Positions 18,415 to 28,551 are shown, counted from the first letter of the stretch. The stretch is DNA of 64,000 nt from Candidatus Aminicenantes bacterium (GCA_963702005.1 OY969696.1:384001-448000), one strand, 5' to 3'. A program made the numbers and translations. The notes: a model not told the origin generated them from the sequence alone.

Positions 18415-19518
18415 TTAAGGTCTCCTCTGGAAGCGCTTGCCGGGATGCTGGAGAATCCATCCCTGGAGCTCGAGGTCGAGCAGGACGGTTAAAAGTTCGG
18501 ACATGGAACAGCCGGACCGGTCGGCCAGCTCGTCGACATCGGTCAGACCATCTTCCCGGAGCAGAGCCAGGACTTTGGCGCTCTCGGGTCCCGGCACCGG
18601 ACGGCTCTCCCGGCGGCAGGCGGCCTGGGCCAGGAGCTCATCCCGGAGGGGCGGCGGGAGCTCGGCGGCGACGTCCTCCCAGCCCTGGACGAGCTTGGCC
18701 CCGGTCTGGATAAGCCAGTTGGCCCCGGCGCTGAGCTCGGACGAGACGTTCCCGGGCACGGCCATGACCTCCCGATTCTGATCGAGGGCGAGCCGGGCCG
18801 AAATGAGGGACCCGCTTATACGGGTCGCCTCGACGACAATCAAGGCCATGGACAGACCGCTGATGATCCTGTTCCGGAGCGGAAAATGGAATCCCAGCGG
18901 AGCCGCGCCGAGCGGGAACTCGGACACGACGGCGCCGCCGCTGTCCACGATCTTGTCCATGAGCTTCTTGTTCTCCTTCGGATAGGGCACATCCAAGCCC
19001 GCTCCCAGCACTGCGGCCGTCAGGCCGCCCCTGAGCGCGCCCCAATGGGCCGCGGCATCGATCCCGACCGCCAGGCCGCTCGTCACGACCAGCCCCCGCT
19101 CGGCTAGGTCCCGGCCGAGCCGCTCGGCCACCGCCCGCCCGTAGGGCGAAGGGTGCCGCGACCCGACGATCGAAACGCCCGGCCGGCTGAGGACTTCGGG
19201 CCTTCCCACGCACATCAGGACCGGCGGAGGATCATAAATCTCCCGCAGGTAGGGCGGATAGGCCGGGTCATCCCGGAGGAGAAGAGCGATGCCCCTCTTC
19301 TCGATCCGCTCCAGGTCGCGCGCGGCCTCCTCAAGAATCTTGGCCGAGGACAGCCGTTCCGCCTGGACCTCGCTCAGTCCGAGGCTGCGGAGGACGGCCG
19401 GCCCGGCCCTGAACGCGCCATCCAGCGGGATAAACCGCGCGGCGATCCTCTGCGCCGGCCCCAGGCTGTCGCCCAAGACCAGGTTCAAGGCCACCCAGTA
19501 TACGCGATGATCCGCCAC
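18415..19518 (-). CDS. dprA: DNA-processing protein DprA (Smf)
   Basis: IVGSR, SGLAVGID..AH, FP.RNRIISGLS, GSLISA; probable GTG start at 19518. Confidence 0.95.
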   Translation of the reverse strand: MADHRVYWVALNLVLGDSLGPAQRIAARFIPLDGAFRAGPAVLRSLGLSEVQAERLSSAKILEEAARDLERIEKRGIALLLRDDPAYPPYLREIYDPPPVLMCVGRPEVLSRPGVSIVGSRHPSPYGRAVAERLGRDLAERGLVVTSGLAVGIDAAAHWGALRGGLTAAVLGAGLDVPYPKENKKLMDKIVDSGGAVVSEFPLGAAPLGFHFPLRNRIISGLSMALIVVEATRISGSLISARLALDQNREVMAVPGNVSSELSAGANWLIQTGAKLVQGWEDVAAELPPPLRDELLAQAACRRESRPVPGPESAKVLALLREDGLTDVDELADRSGCSMSELLTVLLDLELQGWILQHPGKRFQRRP

Positions 19519-19831
19519 CTTGTCTATTACGACGCGGGGGACCGCACAATTATTCTCGCCGGCGGCTCCGGAAATAGACGCTCCGACCATCGCGGGCCTT
19601 GCCCTCAGGACCCCCTCGGGTCAAGCTATTTTAACAGGAAACCTGATAAATAAAAAACCGCTCCGAGGGGATTGAATATAAATCCTCGCCCTTTTTTAAG
19701 GACAGACGAGGGCAATAAGGCGGGAGCAGGCCGTCGAAGGACCGAACGGGCATGGTTCCTCTCTTGAGGAGAGAGAGGTCCTGAGTCGGAGCAAATTGGA
19801 CTCGCTGGGGCCAATTCGCGTCCTACGAGCC

Positions 19832-21151
19832 TTATTGCCCGAGTCTCCCGAGAAGGACGGAACCGCGGGTGGCGAAGGTGCCGGCCACGGCGGCCGTCAT
19901 CAGGCAGGCCAGGGTCGCGGCCAGAAGGGCTTTAAAGCCGATCCGCGACAGGTCCTTGATCCGGCTCGGGACGAGCGCCCCCGTCCCGCCGACGAAGATC
20001 GCGAGCGAGGCGATGTGGGCGAACCCGCACAGAGCGTAAGAAGCGATGACGGCCGAACGCGGATCGGAGAGACCGTGGGCGGCCAGGAGATTGGCCAGAT
20101 CCCGGTAGGCGACGACCTCGGTCGCGACCGTCCTCTCGCCGATGAGCCGGGCGACCGCCATGGCGTCCGAAGGAGCGACCCCGAGGATGAGCGTAAACGG
20201 GTAAAAAACATAGCCGAGGAACGTTTTGATCGACCAGGTCACGTTCCAGCCGAACAGGTGGTTGGCTCCCCCGCCAGCCCAGCCCAAGACGAGGTCGAGC
20301 AGGGCCAGCAGTCCCAGGAAGGCGAGGAGGAGCGCGACAATACCGCCGAGCAAGCGCAGCCCCGCGTTGGCGCCGTTGATGATGGCCATGATCAAGTTGT
20401 CCTCGTGCTCGGAATAGGGCTTGATGTTGAGGCCCAGGGTTTGGGGACGTCCCGTCTCGGGGACGATGAGCTTGGACATGACCAGGGCGGCCGGCGCGGC
20501 CAGAAACGAGGCCGAGACGAGGTGTCCCGCGATCGTCGGCAACACGCTCTGGAGCATCATGACGTACATGGCCAGGACGGTCGAGGCGATCGTCGCCATG
20601 CCGGCGGTCAGAATGGTCGTGAACTCGGAGCGCGTCATCCCGGCCAGGTAGGGTTGGACGACCAGGGCCGACTCGACGCCCACGAAGATGTTGGCCGAGG
20701 TCGAGAGGGACTCGGCCCCGCTGATACGCATCAGCCGGGTGAAAACGTAGGCGAAGCCGCGGATGACCCAGTCCATGATCTTGAGGTAGTAGAGGGCGCC
20801 GACCAGGGCGGCGAAGAAGATGATGGTCGGCAAAGCCTGGAAAGCCAGGAAGGAGCCGAGAGATGTCTCGCCGGCCTCGTTGACGGCGCCGGGCGGAAGG
20901 GCGAGCCGGCCGAACACGAACCTCGTCCCGGCCGTGGCGCTGTCGAGGACCGTCACGACGACGTTGTTGACGGCCAGGAAAAAGCGGCTCCCGACCGGGA
21001 CGGCGAAGATGAACAGGGCGAACAGCAGCTGGAGGGCGATCCCCCACAGGACGACCCTGAAGTTGACGACCTTGCGATTCTCGGAGCAGAGCCAGGCGAC
21101 TCCGGCCAGGATGAAAATCCCCAGAAAGCTGACGAGATTGTGGATGGTCAT
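19832..21151 (-). CDS. nupC: concentrative nucleoside transporter (NupC/CNT family)
   Basis: LPTIIFF, SGAESL, GMATIA, YALCGFA motifs. Confidence 0.92.
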   Translation of the reverse strand: MTIHNLVSFLGIFILAGVAWLCSENRKVVNFRVVLWGIALQLLFALFIFAVPVGSRFFLAVNNVVVTVLDSATAGTRFVFGRLALPPGAVNEAGETSLGSFLAFQALPTIIFFAALVGALYYLKIMDWVIRGFAYVFTRLMRISGAESLSTSANIFVGVESALVVQPYLAGMTRSEFTTILTAGMATIASTVLAMYVMMLQSVLPTIAGHLVSASFLAAPAALVMSKLIVPETGRPQTLGLNIKPYSEHEDNLIMAIINGANAGLRLLGGIVALLLAFLGLLALLDLVLGWAGGGANHLFGWNVTWSIKTFLGYVFYPFTLILGVAPSDAMAVARLIGERTVATEVVAYRDLANLLAAHGLSDPRSAVIASYALCGFAHIASLAIFVGGTGALVPSRIKDLSRIGFKALLAATLACLMTAAVAGTFATRGSVLLGRLGQ

Positions 21152-21438
21152 GAGCGAACCCCCTGCTTGGGAACGGGCAGTTTTCCGGCGAAGGCCGGGA
21201 GCGCTTTCTCATCGACCTCGACGGCCACGACCTTGCGGCTTGATTTGTCCCCTTGAACGATGGCCAGGCGGCCGGCGGCGAGTCCGAGGTCGGCGGCCAG
21301 GACTTCCAGGACTTCCCTGTTCGCCTTCCCCTCGACGGGCGGAGCGAGGACCCGAACTCTGCACTCGCCGGGCACCAGCCAGTCGACTCCCCGTTTCTTC
21401 GCTCGGGGCTGGACCTTGACCCTCAGCCTAAGCTCCAT
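21148..21438 (-). CDS. DUF167/YggU family protein
   Basis: VKVQPRAK, APPVEGKAN, G.KSSRK. Confidence 0.9.
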   Translation of the reverse strand: MELRLRVKVQPRAKKRGVDWLVPGECRVRVLAPPVEGKANREVLEVLAADLGLAAGRLAIVQGDKSSRKVVAVEVDEKALPAFAGKLPVPKQGVRS

Positions 21439-21454
21439 GGAGGGGCCGGCCGCG

Positions 21455-22234
21455 TCAGTCTTTGAGGACGTCCTTGTAGCGCTTGAATAGGTCCTTGAGC
21501 TGATCGCGGGTAATCAGGAAGCCGCTGATGTAGATGGAGACCGTCGAGCGGACCGGATCGTTGGACTTGACCAGGATGTACTCTCGGATCATGCCCTTAC
21601 GCGGTTCGGCGGGGACCCGGAACTCGACCTCGAGGCTTTTACCGGCCGCGATTTTGACCGGGAAGGAGATCGGCTTTCCCTTGACGAAGTACTTGGCGTC
21701 GCGGTGGACGCATTCGGCTGTGAGCTCGAGCTCGCCGACGTTGGAGAGCGCGAACTGGCCCTTGATCTCCTCGCCCTCGAGCAGGAGCCCGAGGTCGAGG
21801 TTGTAGGGAATGACGTCGATCCGGGCCCGAGGCGGGATCTCGACGTCGGCCGCGACCGAGAGCTCCTTGTTGGGATCGACCGGGTCGTTCGAATCCACAT
21901 AGACGTACTTGACGACTTTCCCCGCGTACGATCGGCTGTCGAAGCTGACTCCGATCTTCCCCTCCTTGCCCGGGGCGACGGTTTTATCCGACGCGAGGGC
22001 GGCCGTGCAGCCGCACGAGGTCCGGACCTTCTCGATGACGAGGTCGGCGTCGCCCGTGTTCTTGAACACGAACTCGTGGCTGAGGGCGGTCCCTTCCTTG
22101 ACCTTGCCGAAATTCCAGGTCTCCTCCTGGAACTTGATGCGCGGCGTCTTCGCGGCCAGGAGCGGCGACGCCGCGAGGAGGAGGCAGACGATCGCGGCCG
22201 GGGCGGCCTTGGGCTTGATCGATACGACCCGCAT
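21455..22234 (-). CDS. DUF1573 domain secreted protein
   Basis: Signal peptide, FGKV..G, F.FKNTG, SCGCT, V.SNDP; AAAGGAG RBS. Confidence 0.85.
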   Translation of the reverse strand: MRVVSIKPKAAPAAIVCLLLAASPLLAAKTPRIKFQEETWNFGKVKEGTALSHEFVFKNTGDADLVIEKVRTSCGCTAALASDKTVAPGKEGKIGVSFDSRSYAGKVVKYVYVDSNDPVDPNKELSVAADVEIPPRARIDVIPYNLDLGLLLEGEEIKGQFALSNVGELELTAECVHRDAKYFVKGKPISFPVKIAAGKSLEVEFRVPAEPRKGMIREYILVKSNDPVRSTVSIYISGFLITRDQLKDLFKRYKDVLKD

Positions 22235-22291
22235 GGCTATCTCCTTTGAGTTCATATTAGCGCCTATATCCCCTCTCGCGCAAGCCATGAA

Positions 22292-22374
22292 ATAATTCTG
22301 GGGACACACGACTTAATTCGTTGTGCTTTCCAGCTTGAAGATATCGGAATTAAGTCGTGTGTCCCCAGAATTAT
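22292..22374. repeat. 28-bp perfect inverted repeat (MITE/REP-like)
   Basis: ATAATTCTGGGGACACACGACTTAATTC at 22292-22319 and its exact reverse complement at 22347-22374; 27-nt loop. Confidence 0.85.
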
Positions 22375-25300
22375 CCGAGGTATTCGTCCCAAGGGCGGGC
22401 CTCGAGGTCGGGCTTGGCGGCCAGTGACTCGGCCAGCAGCCGGGCCAGCTGGATGTTGGTGATGAGCGGGATTCCGAAGTCGACCGCCATGCGCCGGAGC
22501 TCGTAGGAGTCGTCGAATTCGAGCCGGTCGTAGGAGAACGGAATGTTGATGACGAGGTCGATCCGGCCGCCCTTCAGCCGGGTTCGGACGTTGGGCTCCC
22601 GGCTCTCGTGAAGCTTGTAGAGGCGCTCGGCCGCGATCCCGTTCCGGCGCAGGAACTCGGCCGTGTGCTCGGTCGCAGTCATCTCGAACCCGAGGGCCGC
22701 TAATCCGCGGATCCAGTCCAAGGAACGGACCCGGTTGACGTCCCCCTTGATCGAAACGAAAACCGACCGGCGCGGGATGCGGAAGCCGGTCGCGACGATG
22801 GCCTTGAGGAAGGCCTCCTGGACGCTCCGGCCGAAGCAGGCGACCTCGCCGGTCGAGGCCATCTCGACCGACAGGATCGGGTCCGCCTTCTTGAGCCGGG
22901 AGAAGGAGAACTGCGGCGCCTTGATGGCGATGGCGTCCGTTTCGAACAGGGATTTGTGGACGGGCCCGGTCGATTCCCCGAGCATGGCCCTGGTCGCGAT
23001 GTCGATGAAATCGACGCCGTAGGTCTTGGAGACGAAGGGAAAGGTCCGGGACGCCCGCAGGTTGCACTCGATGACCTTGATCCGGTCGTCCTTGGCGATA
23101 AATTGGATGTTGAAGGGGCCGCTGATCCGGAGGGCGCGGGCGATCTTCTTGGCGATCAGCCGGACCTCGCGGTGGGCCTGGACGTGGATCCTTTGGGCGG
23201 GCAGGATGATGGTCGCGTCCCCGGAGTGGACGCCGGCGTTCTCGATATGCTCGCCGATCGCGTAGCAGAGAAGCTCGCCCTGGGCGGCGACTCCGTCGAA
23301 CTCGATCTCCTTGGCGCCCTCGATGAACTTGGTGATGATGATGGACTGCCCGGGGGAGAAGCCCCCGGCCTTGGCCAGGTAGCGCTCCAGGCCGTCCAGG
23401 TCGAAGGCGACCGACATCGACGATCCGCTCAAGACGAAACTGGGCCGGATGAGGACCGGGAATCCGATCGTGCGGGCGAAAGCGCGGGCCGAGCGGAGCG
23501 AGGAGAGTTCCTTCCACTCGGGCTGCTCGACGCCGTGCCGGTCGAGCAGGGCCGAGAATTTATTCCTGTCCTCGGCCCGGACGATGTCCGAAGGCGCCGT
23601 CCCCAGAATCCTGACGCCGTTCCGGGCCAGCGGGGCGGCCAGGTTGTTGGGGGTCTGGCCGCCCATCGAGACGACGACCCCGTCGGGCCGCTCCTTGTCG
23701 CAGACATCGAGCACCCGCTCGAGGGTCATCTCCTCGAAGTAGAGACGGTCGGAGATGTCGTAGTCGGTCGAGACCGTCTCCGGGTTCGAGTTGAGGACGA
23801 TCGTCTTGCGCCCCTGGGCGGCCAGCGACCGGACGCAGCTCACCGAGCACCAGTCGAACTCGACCGACGAGCCGATCCGATAGGGCCCCGAGCCGAGCAC
23901 GAGCACGCCCCGGTCTCCGAACGCGATGTCGTCCTCCGTCTCATCGTAAGTCAGGTAGAGGTAGTTCGTCCGGGCCGGATACTCGGCGGCCAGCGTGTCC
24001 ATCTGTTTGACGGCCGGTACGATCCCCCACCTCTTGCGGAGGGCGCGGACGGATGCTTCTTTCCGGCCGGCCAGGACGGCGATCCGCGCGTCCGAGAAGC
24101 CGGCGCGCTTGGCTTCAAGGAGGACGGGCCTCGTCAGCCGTTTGGCCCGGAGCTTCTCATCCATCGCGACGAGGCCTTTCATCCGCTCCAGAAACCAGGG
24201 GTCGATCCCGGTGATGCGGCGGAGCTTGGGGACTGGCCAGCCGAGCCGCAACGCCTTGGCGATGGCGAAGAAGCGCTTGTCCGTTTTAAGCTCCTCGGCG
24301 AGCGGCCCCAGCCTCAGGTCCGAGTCGAATCCGTCGACGCCGATCTCGAGCATGCGGAGGGCCTTCTGGAAGGCCTCCTCGAAGTTCCGGCCGATCCCCA
24401 TGACCTCGCCGACGCTCTTCATCTCGGAGCCGATCTTCGACTCGACGCGCCGGAACTTCTGGAGATCCCAGCGGGGGATTTTGCAGACGATGTAATCGAG
24501 GGCGGGCTCGAAGCAGGTCGTCGTGACGCCGGTGACGGAATTGCGGAGCTCGGGGAGCGTCTTACCCAGGGCGAGCTTGGCCGCCACGTAAGCCAGCGGG
24601 TAGGCGGTCGCCTTCGAGGCCAGGGCCGAACTCCGCGACAGCCGGGCGTTGACCTCGATGACCCGGTAGTCCCAGCGGGCCGGGTCGAGCGCGAATTGGA
24701 TGTTGCATTCGCCGACCACCCCCAGGTGGCGGACGACCTGGATCGCGATGCGGCGCAGCTCGTGGTACTCGAAGTTTGTCAGCGTCTGGGAGGGGGCGAC
24801 GACGGCGCTCTCGCCGGTGTGGAAGCCCATCGGGTCAAGGTTCTCCATGTTGCAGACGGTCAGGCAGTTGTCCCGGCCGTCGCGGACGACCTCGTACTCG
24901 ATCTCCTTCCAACCGTGGAGGTACTCCTCGAGCAGGACCCGCTTGGAGAACGCGAAGGCCCGCTCGAGCTTGGCCTGGAGCTCGGCCGCGTCCCGGACGA
25001 CCCCCGAGCCGCGCCCGCCCAGGTCGTAGGAAACGCGGACCATGAGCGGGAAACCCAGCGAGGACGCCGCCGCCATCCCGCGCCGGACCGAAGTCACAAC
25101 GACGCCGCGCGGGGTCAAGACCCCGATCTCGCCCAGTTTGGCGACGAACAGGGCCCGGTCCTCGGTCTCATTGATCGTCCGGAGCGGGGTCCCCAGAACG
25201 CGGACCTTGTGGCGCTCGAGGGCGCCCTCCAGGCTCACGCCGCAGTTGAGGGCGGTCTGGCCTCCGAACCCGAGCAGGATCCCGTCGGGCTTCTCGCGCT

Positions 25301-25514
25301 TTATGATCCGCTCCACGAACTCGCGGTTGACGGGGAGGAAGTAAATGCGGTCGGCGAATTCGCGCCCGGTCTGGATCGTGGCGATATTGGGGTTGACGAG
25401 GACGGTTTGGACCCCCTCCTCCTTGAGGGCCTTGAGGGCCTGGGAGCCGGAATAGTCGAACTCGCCCGCCTCGCCGATCTTGAGGGCGCCGCTGCCGAGG
25501 AGAAGGACCTTCAC
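22371..25514 (-). CDS. carB: carbamoyl-phosphate synthase large subunit
   Basis: GEFDYSGSQA, RSSALASKAT, GSSVEFDW, PETVSTDYD, MGS domain. Confidence 0.98.
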   Translation of the reverse strand: MKVLLLGSGALKIGEAGEFDYSGSQALKALKEEGVQTVLVNPNIATIQTGREFADRIYFLPVNREFVERIIKREKPDGILLGFGGQTALNCGVSLEGALERHKVRVLGTPLRTINETEDRALFVAKLGEIGVLTPRGVVVTSVRRGMAAASSLGFPLMVRVSYDLGGRGSGVVRDAAELQAKLERAFAFSKRVLLEEYLHGWKEIEYEVVRDGRDNCLTVCNMENLDPMGFHTGESAVVAPSQTLTNFEYHELRRIAIQVVRHLGVVGECNIQFALDPARWDYRVIEVNARLSRSSALASKATAYPLAYVAAKLALGKTLPELRNSVTGVTTTCFEPALDYIVCKIPRWDLQKFRRVESKIGSEMKSVGEVMGIGRNFEEAFQKALRMLEIGVDGFDSDLRLGPLAEELKTDKRFFAIAKALRLGWPVPKLRRITGIDPWFLERMKGLVAMDEKLRAKRLTRPVLLEAKRAGFSDARIAVLAGRKEASVRALRKRWGIVPAVKQMDTLAAEYPARTNYLYLTYDETEDDIAFGDRGVLVLGSGPYRIGSSVEFDWCSVSCVRSLAAQGRKTIVLNSNPETVSTDYDISDRLYFEEMTLERVLDVCDKERPDGVVVSMGGQTPNNLAAPLARNGVRILGTAPSDIVRAEDRNKFSALLDRHGVEQPEWKELSSLRSARAFARTIGFPVLIRPSFVLSGSSMSVAFDLDGLERYLAKAGGFSPGQSIIITKFIEGAKEIEFDGVAAQGELLCYAIGEHIENAGVHSGDATIILPAQRIHVQAHREVRLIAKKIARALRISGPFNIQFIAKDDRIKVIECNLRASRTFPFVSKTYGVDFIDIATRAMLGESTGPVHKSLFETDAIAIKAPQFSFSRLKKADPILSVEMASTGEVACFGRSVQEAFLKAIVATGFRIPRRSVFVSIKGDVNRVRSLDWIRGLAALGFEMTATEHTAEFLRRNGIAAERLYKLHESREPNVRTRLKGGRIDLVINIPFSYDRLEFDDSYELRRMAVDFGIPLITNIQLARLLAESLAAKPDLEARPWDEYLG

Positions 25515-26575
25515 CGGACGGCCTCCAGGAATTCGTCGAACAGGTATTCGGTGTCGCGGGGTCCGGGCGCTCCCTCGGGATGGAACTGGACGGCCCGGAA
25601 GGGAAGCCGCTTGTGGCGAATGCCCTCGATCGTCCCGTCGTTGGCGTTCAGGAACCAGGCTTCCCAGTCGGGGCCCAACTCGGGCTTGACGGCATAACCG
25701 TGGTTTTGGCTGGTGATCGGACAGCGGCCGGTCCGCGTCTCGAGGCAGGGCTGGTTCTGGGAGCGGTGGCCGTATTTTAATTTATAGGTGTCAAGGCCGG
25801 CGGCCAGGGCGAGGATCTGGATTCCCAGGCAAATACCGAAGATGGGCTTGCCCCCGGCCATGGCTTTGGCGACTTCCTCGATCGCCCGGCCGCACATCTT
25901 GGGATTGCCGGGTCCATTCGAGATGACGAGGCCGTCGTAGTCGAGGGAGGCGAGGTCGCAGTTCCAGGGAACGCGGAGAACCGTGACGCCCCGGCCGACA
26001 AGGCAGCGGATGATGTTGTTTTTGACCCCGCAGTCGAGGAGGGCGATCCGCTTGCGGCCCGAACCGTAGGATTGAACTTTCTCGGCCGAGACGCGCTCGA
26101 CCAGGTTGATTTTATCCGGGTCCATAAAATCCGTGTCCCGCCCGGGGAGGACGAACTTTCCAAGCATTGTCCCCTTCTCGCGTAGGATCTTGGTCAGGGT
26201 CCGGGTGGGAATGCCTTGGATGCCCGGAACGTTCTCGTCGCGGAGCCAGGCGTCGAGGGTGCGGGCCGAGGACCAGTGGCTGGGCGCCGGACACAAGGAG
26301 GAGACGATGAGCCCGCTCACCTGGATGCGGCCCGACTCGAACGGACCGTCCAGGCCGTCGGGATCGGTCCGAAGCGGGACGCCGTAGTTTCCGATGATGG
26401 GATAAGTAAGGACGAGTATTTGGCCCGCATAGCTGGGATCGGTCAGGCTCTCGGGATACCCGGCCATCCCGGTGTTGAAGACGACTTCGCCGGCCGTCGG
26501 GCGCGACTCGCCGAATACCTCGCCCTCGAAGACGTGTCCGTCCTCGAGGACCAGGCTCGCGCGCCGTCTATCCAT
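25511..26575 (-). CDS. carA: carbamoyl-phosphate synthase small subunit
   Basis: GEVVFNTG, TDPSY.GQI, SNGPG, GICLG, SQNHG, QFHPE. Confidence 0.98.
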   Translation of the reverse strand: MDRRRASLVLEDGHVFEGEVFGESRPTAGEVVFNTGMAGYPESLTDPSYAGQILVLTYPIIGNYGVPLRTDPDGLDGPFESGRIQVSGLIVSSLCPAPSHWSSARTLDAWLRDENVPGIQGIPTRTLTKILREKGTMLGKFVLPGRDTDFMDPDKINLVERVSAEKVQSYGSGRKRIALLDCGVKNNIIRCLVGRGVTVLRVPWNCDLASLDYDGLVISNGPGNPKMCGRAIEEVAKAMAGGKPIFGICLGIQILALAAGLDTYKLKYGHRSQNQPCLETRTGRCPITSQNHGYAVKPELGPDWEAWFLNANDGTIEGIRHKRLPFRAVQFHPEGAPGPRDTEYLFDEFLEAVR

Positions 26576-26717
26576 CCATCTTGGGGTTCAAGGCCGGGAA
26601 GATTATAGTCAATTCCCCCCCGGCAGGCAACAGAAAAATGAAAATTGGGAAAAGGGATGTCTGTCACCAATATTATCGCCAATTTTAGCGTCCCTTTTAA
26701 GGTATAATCGCTGCAGA

Positions 26718-27908
26718 ATGACTCGGCCGACCCATAAATGTCTCGCCGCGATCCTCGTCTGCGCGCTCTCGGTCTTGGCGTCGGCGCTCATGCTGCCTGC
26801 CCAGACCGTCAAGCTCAAAGTATCGGCCGAGCAGGCCAACATCCGGCTCAAGCCCGACATCGGTGCCGCCCTCGTACGACAGGTCCCCCAAGGGACGATC
26901 CTCGAGTCCGACGGCAAGGAGGGCGAATGGTTCCTCGTCCGCTTGGTATCCGATGACGGGAAACCGCTCGCGGGTTATGTTCACGAAAGCTTGGTCGTCC
27001 TCCTCCAGCCCCGGGTTCCGGCGGAGCCGCCGACGAAGGAGACCCCCGAGCCTCTCCAGCAACCCCCGCCGGACCTTCGCCCACAGCCTCGCATCCAGAG
27101 CCCGCAGGCCCAAGCGTCCCGCTCCGAGCCCGCGTCGCCGCTCAGGCCGTTCGCGTTCGAGATCTCCGGGGGCGTCGTCTATCTGGCCGGCGGCGATCCC
27201 AACAAAGCCGTCCGAGGAACGGCCGATTATTACCAAGCCCGGCTCGGCATCCTGTACAACGGACGCGTCGGATCCGCCCACCTAGGACCGTCGGCCGGCT
27301 TTTCTCTCGATTACTGGATTCGTCCCCGGGTCGGGATCGGTGTCGCCGCCGAAATCATCTACGCCGGGGACGAAATCGTGCTCAGCTACCGGGGCGGCGC
27401 GAACGATGCTCGGCTCGACATCGTCCCCGAGCTCAGCTCTATTCCCATTCGGATCCATCTCGTCCTCGCGCCCGCCCCCGCCTTCGTCGTCAAAACCGGG
27501 CTCGAATTCTACTTCGCCCGCTGCCGCTATCTCTACCGGTTCTCGAGCACGGGCACGAGCGCCGAATGGAAGGGCGACGCCCGGGCCCATGGGCTCGGCT
27601 TCTACGCGAGCGTCTCCTGGGAGCGCCCGATTTTCGGTCCCGTCGCGGTTATCGTCGAAGCCTCCGGCCGCTTCGCCCGCGTCTCGGGCTTCGAGGGCAA
27701 GAACGTCTTCAAGGCGCCCGACGGATCGACCGCCGGCGAGGAAGGGATTCTATATTTCTATACGGGCAAGATTGCCGAAGGGGATTCCTTTCCGCTCATG
27801 TTCATCCGGGAGCGCGCGCCGTCCGAAGCGGGCGTATACGACCCGCGCGAGGCCCGGGTCGATTTCTCCGGTCTCGCCCTCCGGACCGGCTTCAGGATCC
27901 GCTTCTAA
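26718..27908 (+). CDS. secreted protein with bacterial SH3 domain, Pro-rich linker and probable outer-membrane beta-barrel
   Basis: Signal peptide; ANIR..P...GEW..V....GYVH SH3 pattern; alternating beta-strands ending in F. Confidence 0.65.
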   Translation: MTRPTHKCLAAILVCALSVLASALMLPAQTVKLKVSAEQANIRLKPDIGAALVRQVPQGTILESDGKEGEWFLVRLVSDDGKPLAGYVHESLVVLLQPRVPAEPPTKETPEPLQQPPPDLRPQPRIQSPQAQASRSEPASPLRPFAFEISGGVVYLAGGDPNKAVRGTADYYQARLGILYNGRVGSAHLGPSAGFSLDYWIRPRVGIGVAAEIIYAGDEIVLSYRGGANDARLDIVPELSSIPIRIHLVLAPAPAFVVKTGLEFYFARCRYLYRFSSTGTSAEWKGDARAHGLGFYASVSWERPIFGPVAVIVEASGRFARVSGFEGKNVFKAPDGSTAGEEGILYFYTGKIAEGDSFPLMFIRERAPSEAGVYDPREARVDFSGLALRTGFRIRF

Positions 27909-28551
27909 CCCTCTCCAAGAGCAGAATATACTGGGCGTGGATGCCCGCGAGGAGGGCTTTTTTGACCCGGACGGTGAACCCGGCTGCTTCAAGGTCCCGT
28001 TTAAACTCGGCGAAGGGAACCATCTTGATCCTCGTCTTGGTCCGGAACAGCCGCTGGCGCACGAGCCTCTGGACGTAATGGAGGCCGTTCATCTTGTAGA
28101 AGGAGACGACCGCCCAGCGTCCCGCGACGCGCCCGAATTCGGCCAGGATCCGGCCCCGCTCCTCGGTTTTGTGGACGTGGTGGAAGAACCGCATGGAGAG
28201 CAGGACATCGAAAGCTCCGTCTTTAAAGGGAAGGCCCGCCTTAAGGTCGGCCACGGCGCCGGAATGCCGGGCGGGATCAGGCGACGCGTCCAAGCTCCGG
28301 CGGACCATATGGAAAGAGAGGTCGGCGCTGCAAAGTCCGAGGCCCTCCCCCAGACACAGCCCAGAGAAGCGGCCGTAACCGCAGGGGACGTCGAGCACCC
28401 GCTTCGATCCCGGCCCGATCCTCCGAAAGATCCGCCTCAGGATCCGCATCTCCCGTCCGTGGACGATCCTCTGGTCGAGGCCGCGGTAGCGGCGCCGCTC
28501 GTAGTCCTCGACCTCATGTTTCCGGAACGGGACGTTCGCTGAAGACGACAT
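27892..28551 (-). CDS. class I SAM-dependent methyltransferase
   Basis: VLDVPCGYGRF, ADLS, LPFKDGAFD, RFFHH. Confidence 0.88.
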   Translation of the reverse strand: MSSSANVPFRKHEVEDYERRRYRGLDQRIVHGREMRILRRIFRRIGPGSKRVLDVPCGYGRFSGLCLGEGLGLCSADLSFHMVRRSLDASPDPARHSGAVADLKAGLPFKDGAFDVLLSMRFFHHVHKTEERGRILAEFGRVAGRWAVVSFYKMNGLHYVQRLVRQRLFRTKTRIKMVPFAEFKRDLEAAGFTVRVKKALLAGIHAQYILLLERVRSGS

